In this document: positions 20,475-29,731 of the stretch, in pieces
Numbering within the stretch: the first letter of the stretch is position 1
Layout: each line of letters starts with the position of its first letter
Notes under the pieces: model-generated
Database searches by the model: none
Told to the model about the DNA's origin: nothing
Seen by the model: the letters and a program-made list of their open reading frames with translations, nothing else
From: Longimicrobiales bacterium
GTDB lineage: Bacteria; Gemmatimonadota; Gemmatimonadetes; Longimicrobiales; Gaopeijiaceae
Assembly (NCBI GenBank): GCA_965248195.1
Contig: CBDFIQ010000001.1
Coordinates: 896,001 to 960,000 of the forward strand
Length of the DNA stretch: 64,000 nt
Reading direction: 5' to 3'
Translations under genes and position numbers: made by a program

Positions 20475-21652
20475 GGACTCCCTCCTAAGAGGTGCGTTGT
20501 CGCCGACGTGTGCTTCACCAGGGGACGGGCCAGGCTCGGCACCGTGCCCAACGCGCGTAGGGCCATCTGCGCTATCCAGGGACGCCGAAGACCCCAGGCC
20601 ACCCTACTGCAGACACGCTGACCCCGCCGGATCCGGCGGCGGTGCACCTGGTTCCACCGGCGCACCAGGCCTTGGTCCCAGCGCGCTACTCCGGCGTGCA
20701 CCAGGGGCGCCAACGCCAGCGCTCCCCACAGCGCCCATGCCATACCTTCACCCGTGAATGGCTCGACGTACCCAGCGGCGTCGCCCACGAGAAACAGACG
20801 CTCCTCCGCCATCGAGGAGAGCCGTCGGGTGAGGGGCGGCGTGCCCTTCCATCCGCGGTGGATTCTATCGGGGAGCGGCGGCATACCCGCTAACTCGAGG
20901 TGCGCTCGAGCGGCTCGTTCCGGCGATCCGTTCCGGCGCACCCACTCGGCGTCGAAGGCGGCGGCCACGTTGAGGCGGCGATCCTCCTGGCGCACCAGGC
21001 CCACGTACCCCGCGGGCCCCACCACCATGTGTACCGTTCCGGGCCCGTAGCCCGAGCCACGGCCCTCCAGCACGGCGCCCACTCCCACGCGGGAGCCCGC
21101 TCGAACCGTGGCGACCGGAGCGGGACCGGCCACGGCGGAGACGCGCAGGCCGTGGAGTCCGGCTGCCGCGACGACTACCCGGGCTCGCACGTGGTGCTCC
21201 CCCTCGTCGCCCCGAACCGTCAGGGTCCGGTCTCCGTCGCGCACCGGCCCCAACTCTGCGGAGACGCCGTGTGCGAAAACGACGCCCTCCTCCACCGCAG
21301 CCCGGACCAGGGCGTGGTCAAGTGCCTCTCTGGACAACGCTACCGAGCTGTGGAGGGCCACGGACGCGGTCCTCTCCCAGCCCGTCATCCGAAGCTCCGC
21401 CAGCCGCAGCGCCCCGGCACGGGCTACCAACCCGCCGAGGCCCGCGTGGGCCAATGCCCCCTGCGCAGCCCCATTCATGCAGGCCCCACATACCTTCCAC
21501 CGGGGGAAGGATTGGCGCTCCAAAAGCAGAACCGCGCACCCCCTGCGGCCGAGCTCCAACGCCACCATGGCACCGGCGGGCCCAGCGCCCACCACCACCA
21601 CGTCCCAGAGCCGCTCGTCCAGACCACTGCCGGCCTCTGGGCCGCCGGTCAT
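20468..21652 (-). CDS. FAD-dependent oxidoreductase (geranylgeranyl reductase/hydroxylase-like)
   Basis: VVGAGPAG, KVCG, VGDAAGYVEPFTGEGM; overlaps both neighbours. Confidence 0.88.
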   Translation of the reverse strand: MTGGPEAGSGLDERLWDVVVVGAGPAGAMVALELGRRGCAVLLLERQSFPRWKVCGACMNGAAQGALAHAGLGGLVARAGALRLAELRMTGWERTASVALHSSVALSREALDHALVRAAVEEGVVFAHGVSAELGPVRDGDRTLTVRGDEGEHHVRARVVVAAAGLHGLRVSAVAGPAPVATVRAGSRVGVGAVLEGRGSGYGPGTVHMVVGPAGYVGLVRQEDRRLNVAAAFDAEWVRRNGSPERAARAHLELAGMPPLPDRIHRGWKGTPPLTRRLSSMAEERLFLVGDAAGYVEPFTGEGMAWALWGALALAPLVHAGVARWDQGLVRRWNQVHRRRIRRGQRVCSRVAWGLRRPWIAQMALRALGTVPSLARPLVKHTSATTHLLGGSPW

Positions 21653-22371
21653 GACCCGCTCCATCTGAGAATGAAGCGTTCGGGCCAGCCGCGGCGGATG
21701 ACCACCCCCGCCAGCCCGGCCTCCACGGCCATTGTCCGCACCTCCGGTAGGCTGAACGCGGCACGAACCGAGCGGGGGCCGTCCTCACGTGCGACGTCGG
21801 ACCTGGACAGGAGGCGGAGCGCGGACCACACCAACAGGTATCCCATGGTCCCCCGCAACAGATCCTGCACCAAGATCGCATGGCCCGCGTCGGCCATGGC
21901 CCTCAGAAGTTTCACGGCGTCTTCATTGGAAAGGTGGTGATGGAAGAGAGACGAGCACACCAGGTCATACCCCCCTGGGAGGCCTTCGACGAGAACGTTC
22001 CTGGCGAGGAAGTCCGCCGTCACACCCCGACGCTCCGCCTCTCGGCGTGCATGGTCCAGGGCAACGGGACTCACGTCGCACCCGTGGACCTCCAGCGGCA
22101 CCCCCGCCGACCGCGCCCGGCGGGCCACGTCGACCAGAATGTCCCCACCGCCGCAAGCAACGTCCAGAAGCCGCAGTGGCTCGTCCCTCCCTCGGGCGCG
22201 GCGCTCTCGGCTCAAGCGCAGTACGTCCTGCCAGACCCGTGCGGCCACCCCGGAGATCCGGTTCACCCGCGCCAGCGCCCTGAGGGCTTGGACGTGTCGC
22301 GCTGGATCCAGATCTGGCGCGTCCATGAGTTCGGGCTCCCGATGCCGGCCGCCCAGGTCGGGCAGTATCAC
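21649..22371 (-). CDS. SAM-dependent methyltransferase-domain protein (start approximate)
   Basis: PELMD, LLDVACGGGD, SLFHHHL, DGPRSVRAAFS. Confidence 0.82.
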   Translation of the reverse strand: MILPDLGGRHREPELMDAPDLDPARHVQALRALARVNRISGVAARVWQDVLRLSRERRARGRDEPLRLLDVACGGGDILVDVARRARSAGVPLEVHGCDVSPVALDHARREAERRGVTADFLARNVLVEGLPGGYDLVCSSLFHHHLSNEDAVKLLRAMADAGHAILVQDLLRGTMGYLLVWSALRLLSRSDVAREDGPRSVRAAFSLPEVRTMAVEAGLAGVVIRRGWPERFILRWSGS

Positions 22372-22632
22372 CAGGACCCGGAGCGCCTCAGGGCGAAATG
22401 AGCGCAGGGAGAAAATCGCGTTCTCAAGGGGTCTCCGTTCCGCCCCAAGGGAGCCGGTAGCACGTCGTGAATGCGCGCCAAGTCCAGATCCTCGAAGGAA
22501 AGGCCGGGCGAGCGCGAGCGCCATCGAGGACTACCGCCTCCACGCTTGAGGCGGGCCGGTTACAAGCCGCAGGGCTCTCGCCCGCCTCCCGACTGGAGGG
22601 AGCGGGCGGAGCCCATCAACGGGGCCGTTCAG

Positions 22633-23295
22633 TCAGATCGCGAAACAGTAGAAGAGTCCGTTCCCTCCGGTGGCGACAAGGTCCTGCTGGCTGCAGCTGC
22701 GGGTCAGGTGCACCGCGTTCCAGGAGCTGTTCCCGCCACCGAGACGGTCGTGATGTCCGACCATCGCCCTGCCTTCCCCGTTGCTCGTCCAGTTGTTACA
22801 CGTGGTGGTGTTTGCAGCGCCGAGGAGCGCACGTCCGTGTGAATCCGAGCCCGTCAAGATGTCGTGTTGGTTGGGTTGATCACCCACGCCATTTACCGGG
22901 TCGCCACTCTCATCGACCGCGGTCGGTTTCCTCATGTTGTTCCGGTCGCGTTGAAAGTCTCCGTGGAGGTCAGCGACGTTCGCAGCGATGATCTGCCCAT
23001 TCGCGTTGTACCAGGGTCCTTCGCCGATTTGATCCCGTGCGTGCACCACGGGCTGGCCCCCTCCCGCGAGGGTGCTGAGGTATGCATGCCAGGTCCGGTT
23101 CCCCGCACCCACCGCCGCCGCCAGGGTCTGGCAGTGCTGGTCGGCCCCCTCGCGGCCCCCCAGGTTCGCTCCGTCTCCCGGACCGACACTCGTGATGAAG
23201 AAGCCCATCGGCTGGTCCTGCCCGCTCACGGCCGAAGGAACCAGCAAGAACGTCATCAACGCCAATGCAACGAGTACGCCGATCGATTGCTTCAT
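22633..23295 (-). CDS. Secreted endostatin/C-type-lectin-fold protein
   Basis: Signal peptide; ANLGGREGADQHCQ, WHAYLST, CNNWTS, LFYCFA. Confidence 0.7.
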   Translation of the reverse strand: MKQSIGVLVALALMTFLLVPSAVSGQDQPMGFFITSVGPGDGANLGGREGADQHCQTLAAAVGAGNRTWHAYLSTLAGGGQPVVHARDQIGEGPWYNANGQIIAANVADLHGDFQRDRNNMRKPTAVDESGDPVNGVGDQPNQHDILTGSDSHGRALLGAANTTTCNNWTSNGEGRAMVGHHDRLGGGNSSWNAVHLTRSCSQQDLVATGGNGLFYCFAI

Positions 23296-23532
23296 CCTGT
23301 TCACCTCTCCGGTCTTTGGGAAACCCGTCTTTAGCACCCATGGACCCCGACCGAGTCCACGCGGTTTCGTGGATCGAAAATCATAGACGGCGCCTACCCG
23401 CCTTCGCAAGTCTCGATCAAGATTCGCCTAGCGATCCCAACCGAGCCCGTTGACCGCTCTGGTCGCGCACCTCACGTTGTCCGGACCCGTCAAAGGACCT
23501 TGGTTTTACGTATCCTTGAACCCCACGACGCG

Positions 23533-23661
23533 ATGCCGGAAGAGATCCCCAGCGATGGCTCCGACAGCTCCCGATTCCGCACTACGCTCATCCGAGTGAT
23601 CATCGTTCAGGTCGTCGCGCTCGGCCTGCTCCTGCTGCTGCAGCTCCGCTACCAACCGTGA
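23533..23661 (+). CDS. 42-aa single-TM small protein upstream of the symporter (absent from the ORF track)
   Basis: MPEEIPSDGSDSSRFRTTLIRVIIVQVVALGLLLLLQLRYQP; host-like GC-ending codons. Confidence 0.55.
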   Translation: MPEEIPSDGSDSSRFRTTLIRVIIVQVVALGLLLLLQLRYQP

Positions 23662-23743
23662 CCGGGGCTCCACAGGGTCCCCGCTGGGCGATCTTCGCTC
23701 AGGCGAGCTACCGGCAATACCCGAAACCCGAGTATTGAGCTGA

Positions 23744-25405
23744 ATGCACTGGATCAACTGGCTGATCGTCGCCGTCTACGTGGGTTGGGTAGTCGTCGAC
23801 GGCATCCGGAAGTCGAAGGATACCGACACGATCTCGGGCTACTTCATCGCCAACAAGAGCCTGTCGTGGTGGGTGGTGGGCCTGTCGGTGATGGCGACAC
23901 AGCTCTCAGCAGTCACGATGATCGGCACGCCGGGCCAGGGCGCCACGGACGGCATGCGCTTCATCCAGCTGTACCTGGGGCTCCCGATCGCGATGGTGAT
24001 CCTCGGCGTGACGATCGTCCCGCTCCTGCACGGGTCGGGCGTGTATACGGCGTACGAGTATCTGGAGCGCCGCTTCGACGCGAGGACGCGCTCGCTGACC
24101 GCGTTCCTCTTTTTGATCTCCAGGGGGCTCTCGGCAGGTGCCATCATGGCGGCTCCGGCGGTCGTCTTCAGCGCGATCTTCGGGATCCCGCTCGTGTGGG
24201 CGGTGGCCCTCATCGGCGTCCCCACTGTGATCTACACGATGATCGGCGGGGTTCAGGCCGTCGCCTGGGCCGACGTGAAGCAGATGGTCCTGATCGTCAT
24301 CGCGCTCGTCGCGATCATGATCGTGCTCATCGTCCAGATGCCCGTGAATCCCGACGAAGCCCTCAGGATCGCGGGGGCGACAGGCCGGCTGAGAGTGTTC
24401 GACTTCTCGTTCGACCTGAGCGAGCGGTACACGTTCTGGTCGGGCGTGATCGGCGGGACGTTCCTGATGTTGTCGTACTTCGGGACCGACCAGAGCCAGG
24501 TGCAGCGCTATCTCGCGGCCAAGTCCGCCGGTGAGGCCAGGAGCTCGCTCCTCATGAGCGCGTACTGGAAGATTCCGCTGCAGGCGCTCGTCCTCCTGGT
24601 GGGTGTCGGGGTCTTCGTCTACTACCAGTTCGTGCGCCCGCCCCTGCTCTACAACCCGGCGCAGGAGGCCGCGGTGGTCGCCGAGCGAGGCGCCGCGTAC
24701 GACGCGCTGCAGAGCGATTACGCCGAGGCGTTCACGCTTCGGGAGGCAGCGGCACAAGCGGTCGCGGATACGCAAGGCGACGATGCGTCCGCGGCGATGG
24801 AGGCGTTTGTCGCACGGGAGGCCGACATCCAGACGATCCGAGTTGAGGCGCTCGCGATGGTCGAAGAGGTCACCGGCGAGGCCTCGGGGGACACCAACTA
24901 CATCTTCCCACGCTTCGTGTTGTCCGAGCTTCCGATCGGGCTCGCGGGGCTCTTCATCGCGGGGGTCTTCGCCGCGGCGATGTCGAGCATCGCCGCAGAG
25001 CTCAACGCGCTCTCGACCGCATCAGTCATCGACTTCTACAGGCGGTGGATCAAGCCCGACGCCGACGACGCACACTACCTCGTCGTCTCGAAGGGCGCGA
25101 CTGCGTTTTGGGGGGTGTTCGCGTGTGTGGTCGCCACGTACGCGGCGACGCTGGGCTCGTTGATCGAGGTCGTGAACCGCTTCGGATCGTTCTTCTACGG
25201 CTCGATCTTGGGCGTCTTTTTTCTGGCAATGGTGCCCGGAGCCAAGTCGCGCGGGGCGTTTTACGGGCTGATCATCGGGATGGCGACCGTGGGCTTCGTC
25301 GCTTTCGGCACGACGATCGAGTACCTCTGGCAGAACGTCATCGGTGCGGTGGTGGTGCTGCTCGTCGGTGTGCCGCTGAGCAGGATCGGGAACGCGGAGG
25401 CCTAG
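23744..25405 (+). CDS. Sodium:solute symporter (SSS family)
   Basis: GLSVMATQLS, YEYLERRF, DQSQVQRYL, AAMSS; many TM helices. Confidence 0.93.
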   Translation: MHWINWLIVAVYVGWVVVDGIRKSKDTDTISGYFIANKSLSWWVVGLSVMATQLSAVTMIGTPGQGATDGMRFIQLYLGLPIAMVILGVTIVPLLHGSGVYTAYEYLERRFDARTRSLTAFLFLISRGLSAGAIMAAPAVVFSAIFGIPLVWAVALIGVPTVIYTMIGGVQAVAWADVKQMVLIVIALVAIMIVLIVQMPVNPDEALRIAGATGRLRVFDFSFDLSERYTFWSGVIGGTFLMLSYFGTDQSQVQRYLAAKSAGEARSSLLMSAYWKIPLQALVLLVGVGVFVYYQFVRPPLLYNPAQEAAVVAERGAAYDALQSDYAEAFTLREAAAQAVADTQGDDASAAMEAFVAREADIQTIRVEALAMVEEVTGEASGDTNYIFPRFVLSELPIGLAGLFIAGVFAAAMSSIAAELNALSTASVIDFYRRWIKPDADDAHYLVVSKGATAFWGVFACVVATYAATLGSLIEVVNRFGSFFYGSILGVFFLAMVPGAKSRGAFYGLIIGMATVGFVAFGTTIEYLWQNVIGAVVVLLVGVPLSRIGNAEA

Positions 25406-28086
25406 CGGCGCTCCTGATACGTGTTCCAGTCCTCAGCGGTCAGCGAGACGAGATTGGCGAACAGGCGATGCGCCCCCGGGACCCCGGCCGGGAGCTGCCG
25501 AAAGAACGCGAGGGCAACGTACGCGTATAGACCTCGGCCGACCGGCGCCACCAACAACGACCCACGGCTGGGCTCCTCATCCGGATCATTGAACTCCAGC
25601 AGTGGCGTGAACCGGTCGTCCCATTCGGCCAAAAAGTAGAGACCCCGCTCCTGCACCCACCCCTCGAAGTCCGTCTCGACGATACGATTCGGCGAAGAGA
25701 ATACCGGAGACTCGGGGTCCAACAACGCGAACGGAGAGTTCTCATCGGTGACCCGCGGCGCCCCGCGCCCGCTCCCCATGCTGACCGGGTACGGAGCAAA
25801 GCCACCCCGCGGGTACTCGGTTTTGTTGTACTGGACGATCACCGTGCCGCCGGCCTCGGCGAACGCGAGGATCCGATCGTTCACGGCTGCGACGTCCGGG
25901 CGGGTCTCGTAGACGCGGATGCCCAGCACCAGCACGTCGTACCCGGAGAAGTCCCCCTCCCGGACCCGATCCGGACCTACCTCCTCGACGGCCGCGCCCA
26001 GCTGTCGCAGCGCCTCGAGGCCGTCGTCCCCCGACCCCATCACGTACCCGACCCGAATACCCTCTCGCACACGAACCGGAAACACCGCGGCCCGCGCCTC
26101 GGCAGGGCGTAGATACAGCGTCCGTTGCACATGGGGGTAGTCGATGACGTCGACCCGCTCATCGAAGCGTACACCGTCGTCCCGCGTGGCCACCGCACGG
26201 AACAGGTGCTCGCCGGCGTCCACCGCACCCATGGCGCGCACCTCGAAGGTGAATCCACGGCTCGCCCCTTCGCCCTGTAAATCGAACGGGAGACTCGAAG
26301 GGGTGACCTCCCAGCCCTGCGGGACCTCGAACGAGAGCTCCCCCGACGACCCCGAGGCCGATTCGTTTTGCAGAAGCACCGTCACCGGACGAGACTCGAG
26401 GGACCCCGCGGGCCAAGCCATGCCAGCCGGCTCGATCGCGACCGAGAGGGCAGGTGTGGCGAGAACCGGCTCCCGGAATTCCCCGAGCGCCCTGTTCACG
26501 CCCACGTACTCCGCGTCGTCACCCCAGACCACGTGAACGGGTTGGTCGAGCTCCGGGATGTGAATGTCGAACTCCCCGACCGCCCGCAGTAGTGGACGCG
26601 CGTTTCTGGGCAGCCCCTCCGAGGCTGGATCCCCGGTCCATCGGTACATGTCCCCGTCGCGCGGAGCTCCGAGGTAGTACAGGCGCGAGGCGGCGAGACT
26701 CTCCCGGAGCCGAACCTGGTAGCTCCATCGAGCAATCTCACCCGCCGCCAGGCTCCGAGGGGCTTCCGTCTGGCCCTCGGCGCCGAGGAACTCAGCCGGA
26801 AGAGCCACGTCCTGCTCACCCCCCGCACTCCGAAGCACGGCCCCTTCGATGCGGAACGGCCCACCGTTCCAGAGCTGGACGTCCAGCGTCACATCTTCGC
26901 CGGCGACCACGAGATCGTCCCCCGCCCGCACGTCGATTGCGACGGAGGCCGCGTTCAGTAGCCAGGACCGGACCAGCCCGGCGCGCACGGCGAGAGCCTC
27001 GGCGAGCGGCCCGGCGGAATCGCCGATCCCGCGTAAGAGCCCGAACGTGAGCTCCAGACTCAGGTAGGCTCGTCCCAGGGGACCGGCGGCGCGGCTGGGT
27101 TGGACGGCGTCGAGAGACTCGCCCGCCTCATGAATCGCAGTCCGATACGCGGCGATGGCGCTCCGAACCACCGGTACCGCCCTCGCTGGCAGACCATCCG
27201 CAAGGCCAGCGAGCGTGGTGTCGATCCCCGCGAAAATACCCCGGTCATCGTCGAGCCCGCCGACATGACTCTGCACCAAACGAAGGCCCGACGTGCGATC
27301 GCCAAGCGTCTGGGCCGCTCCCATCTCCTGCGAGCGGTGCTTGCTTCGGCTCTCCATGGCGAGTTGGTGGTATGAGCGGCCGAGGAGCGGGTCGAACGTG
27401 CCTGTCTGAATGTTCAACGGCGCCTCAACGGATCCGGGGCCACGAGCCCGGACCGAGTGAAAGAGCTTGTCCGTCCTCCACGGCTCCGCCGCGTTTCCCC
27501 CCAGCTCCGGGAAGCGGCCTGGATCGGCTGCAGCGTCGAACGCCTCGTTGGTCAAGATCCCACTGGCCTGGTGCTGCCCATGCCCGTCGCGAGGCGTACC
27601 GCCCCAGACCGATATGATCACTTGGGGACGGAACGTGCGGATCACCGACACCACGTCCCTGAGGACCTCCTCCCTCGGCCAATGGGCGAATGCCTCGGCG
27701 GCACTCTTAGAGAAGCCATAGTCGAACGCACGGGTGAAGAACTGACGTCCACCGTCCAGAAGACGGGCCGCCTCGAGCTCTCCCGTACGAATGATTCCGA
27801 GACCCTCGCCCAACTCCGGCCCGATGATATTCTGCCCGCCGTCTCCTCGGGTCAGCGAAAGGTAGGCTGTCTCGACGCCCATTCCCCGGGCGAGGGTCGC
27901 TAGAAGACTGGAGTCCTCGTCATCCGGGTGCGCTCCGATCATCAGGACCCGCTTCACCCCGTCGACCTGACGAAGCGCGAGTCCTACCTCCACGACGTTA
28001 CTTCCCTGGGGTCCGACCTGGGCCGAGAGGGGCTCAGCCACAAACAAACCGACCACACAAACGAACGCCTTACCTGTCATCCTCAT
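25402..28086 (-). CDS. PIG-L/LmbE-family deacetylase with NEW3 and GATase-like C-terminal domains
   Basis: GAHPDDED, TRGDGGQN, HGQHQ, DYPH, GWVQERGLYF. Confidence 0.88.
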   Translation of the reverse strand: MRMTGKAFVCVVGLFVAEPLSAQVGPQGSNVVEVGLALRQVDGVKRVLMIGAHPDDEDSSLLATLARGMGVETAYLSLTRGDGGQNIIGPELGEGLGIIRTGELEAARLLDGGRQFFTRAFDYGFSKSAAEAFAHWPREEVLRDVVSVIRTFRPQVIISVWGGTPRDGHGQHQASGILTNEAFDAAADPGRFPELGGNAAEPWRTDKLFHSVRARGPGSVEAPLNIQTGTFDPLLGRSYHQLAMESRSKHRSQEMGAAQTLGDRTSGLRLVQSHVGGLDDDRGIFAGIDTTLAGLADGLPARAVPVVRSAIAAYRTAIHEAGESLDAVQPSRAAGPLGRAYLSLELTFGLLRGIGDSAGPLAEALAVRAGLVRSWLLNAASVAIDVRAGDDLVVAGEDVTLDVQLWNGGPFRIEGAVLRSAGGEQDVALPAEFLGAEGQTEAPRSLAAGEIARWSYQVRLRESLAASRLYYLGAPRDGDMYRWTGDPASEGLPRNARPLLRAVGEFDIHIPELDQPVHVVWGDDAEYVGVNRALGEFREPVLATPALSVAIEPAGMAWPAGSLESRPVTVLLQNESASGSSGELSFEVPQGWEVTPSSLPFDLQGEGASRGFTFEVRAMGAVDAGEHLFRAVATRDDGVRFDERVDVIDYPHVQRTLYLRPAEARAAVFPVRVREGIRVGYVMGSGDDGLEALRQLGAAVEEVGPDRVREGDFSGYDVLVLGIRVYETRPDVAAVNDRILAFAEAGGTVIVQYNKTEYPRGGFAPYPVSMGSGRGAPRVTDENSPFALLDPESPVFSSPNRIVETDFEGWVQERGLYFLAEWDDRFTPLLEFNDPDEEPSRGSLLVAPVGRGLYAYVALAFFRQLPAGVPGAHRLFANLVSLTAEDWNTYQERR

Positions 28087-28266
28087 GGGCCGAACGTACC
28101 TCCAATATCGAAGTCGGGGAAACTCCGGCACGCCCGCAAGCGTGCACGAAGTCTACTCATTCGCTTGTCCGAAGTTCAAAGCCGCGGATATGTTGGGGCC
28201 GAAATCGGGATCATACCAGGTCCACAACCTTCCCCGTGTCCGCCTTCTGATGAGGGAGCGTCATTG

Positions 28267-29655
28267 ATGAACCAGCCCCGCGAAAACTGGAGCTCAAACA
28301 TGGGCTTCATCCTGGCGGCGACCGGGAGCGCCATCGGGTTGGGTAACCTGTGGAAATTCCCGTTCATCACCTGGGAGAATAATGGCGGCGCTTTCGTATT
28401 GCTCTATCTCATGTGCATCGCGGCGGTGGGCCTGCCCATCATGATGGCCGAGCTCCTGATCGGCCGGACAACGCAGAAGAGCCCGGTGGGTGCCCTGAAG
28501 GAGGCGATCGGACCCTGGTGGGGGTGGGTCGGCGCCTGGGGTGTCATGGCAGGCTTCATCATCCTCAGCTACTACTCGGTCGTGGCCGGCTGGTCGCTCT
28601 TCTACTTCGTAAAGACCATCGGGTGGAGTCTGGGCGGCTTCCCGCCGGGACTGCAGACCGGAGATCTCTTCGTGGCGGTGATCGGAAACGGGGGCCTCCA
28701 GTTCCTCCTCTCGGGGCTCTTCATGGCCGCTACGGTGGGGGTCGTGTACTTCGGGGTGCACAGCGGAATCGAGCGGGTGGCCCGGATTTCCCTTCCGATC
28801 CTGTTCCTCATCCTGGTCCTACTCCTCGTCAGCGCGCTCACGATGGAGGGCTCCGGTGATGCGCTCACCTTCATCTTCCGCCCCAACTTCAGTGAGCTGG
28901 AGCCCCAGAGCATCCTGGAGGCACTCGGCCACTCGTTCTTTACCCTGTCCCTCGGGATGGGGGCGATGATCACCTACGGCTCGTACGTGGCCAGGAACCG
29001 ATCCCTCGTGAGCGCTGCAGGCACGATCGTTCTTCTCGATACGCTGATCGCGCTCTTTGCCACGATCATCATGTTTTCCGTGATCTTCTCGGTTCCGGGG
29101 ATGGACGAGCAGGTGACCGGATCGGCGGCCGGGATGTTATTCATCTCGCTGCCGGAGCTCTTCTACAACGTCGTTCCGTTCGGGGCGGTTCTGGGACCTC
29201 TGTTTTATATCCTGGTGGCGGTCGCTGCGCTCACATCTACCATCTCGTTGCTCGAGGTCGTCGTGAGTTACTTCATCGACGAGAGGAACATGCCTCGGCC
29301 CAAAGCAACGCTGGTGAGCGGCGGCGCGATCTTCGTCTTCACCGTGCTCTCGGCGCTCTCCTTCGGCGCGCTTCCGGGCCTGTCGAACTTCGAGATCTTC
29401 GAGGGGAAATTGGGTGTCTTCGGCACGCTCGACCACTTCGCCTCGAACTGGGCGCTGCCGCTCGGCGGTCTGTTGATCACGTTGGGCGCAGGGTGGTTCA
29501 TGACCCGGGAGGCGACCGAAAGCGAACTGGTGGACGACACCACGCCCGCTTGGTTCCACTACGGCGCCTGGCGATTCTTCATGCGCTTTGTGGCGCCGGT
29601 CGCGGTCGCGGCGATCCTGATCGCGGTGATCTTCTTCGGGGTGGACTTCTCGTAA
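28267..29655 (+). CDS. Sodium-dependent transporter (NSS/SNF family)
   Basis: RENWSS..GFILAATGSAIGLGNLWKFP...GGAF; FFTLSLGMG. Confidence 0.95.
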   Translation: MNQPRENWSSNMGFILAATGSAIGLGNLWKFPFITWENNGGAFVLLYLMCIAAVGLPIMMAELLIGRTTQKSPVGALKEAIGPWWGWVGAWGVMAGFIILSYYSVVAGWSLFYFVKTIGWSLGGFPPGLQTGDLFVAVIGNGGLQFLLSGLFMAATVGVVYFGVHSGIERVARISLPILFLILVLLLVSALTMEGSGDALTFIFRPNFSELEPQSILEALGHSFFTLSLGMGAMITYGSYVARNRSLVSAAGTIVLLDTLIALFATIIMFSVIFSVPGMDEQVTGSAAGMLFISLPELFYNVVPFGAVLGPLFYILVAVAALTSTISLLEVVVSYFIDERNMPRPKATLVSGGAIFVFTVLSALSFGALPGLSNFEIFEGKLGVFGTLDHFASNWALPLGGLLITLGAGWFMTREATESELVDDTTPAWFHYGAWRFFMRFVAPVAVAAILIAVIFFGVDFS

Positions 29656-29662
29656 GGGGGGG

Positions 29663-29692
29663 AGGGCCCCACCGGTCGTCCGGTGGGGCCCT
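29663..29692. terminator. Perfect 13-bp hairpin between convergent genes
   Basis: agggccccaccgg-tcgt-ccggtggggccct. Confidence 0.75.
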
Positions 29693-29731
29693 GTTCGTTA
29701 TCGCAGCGTCGGTATCGACTCCAGCAGGTTC

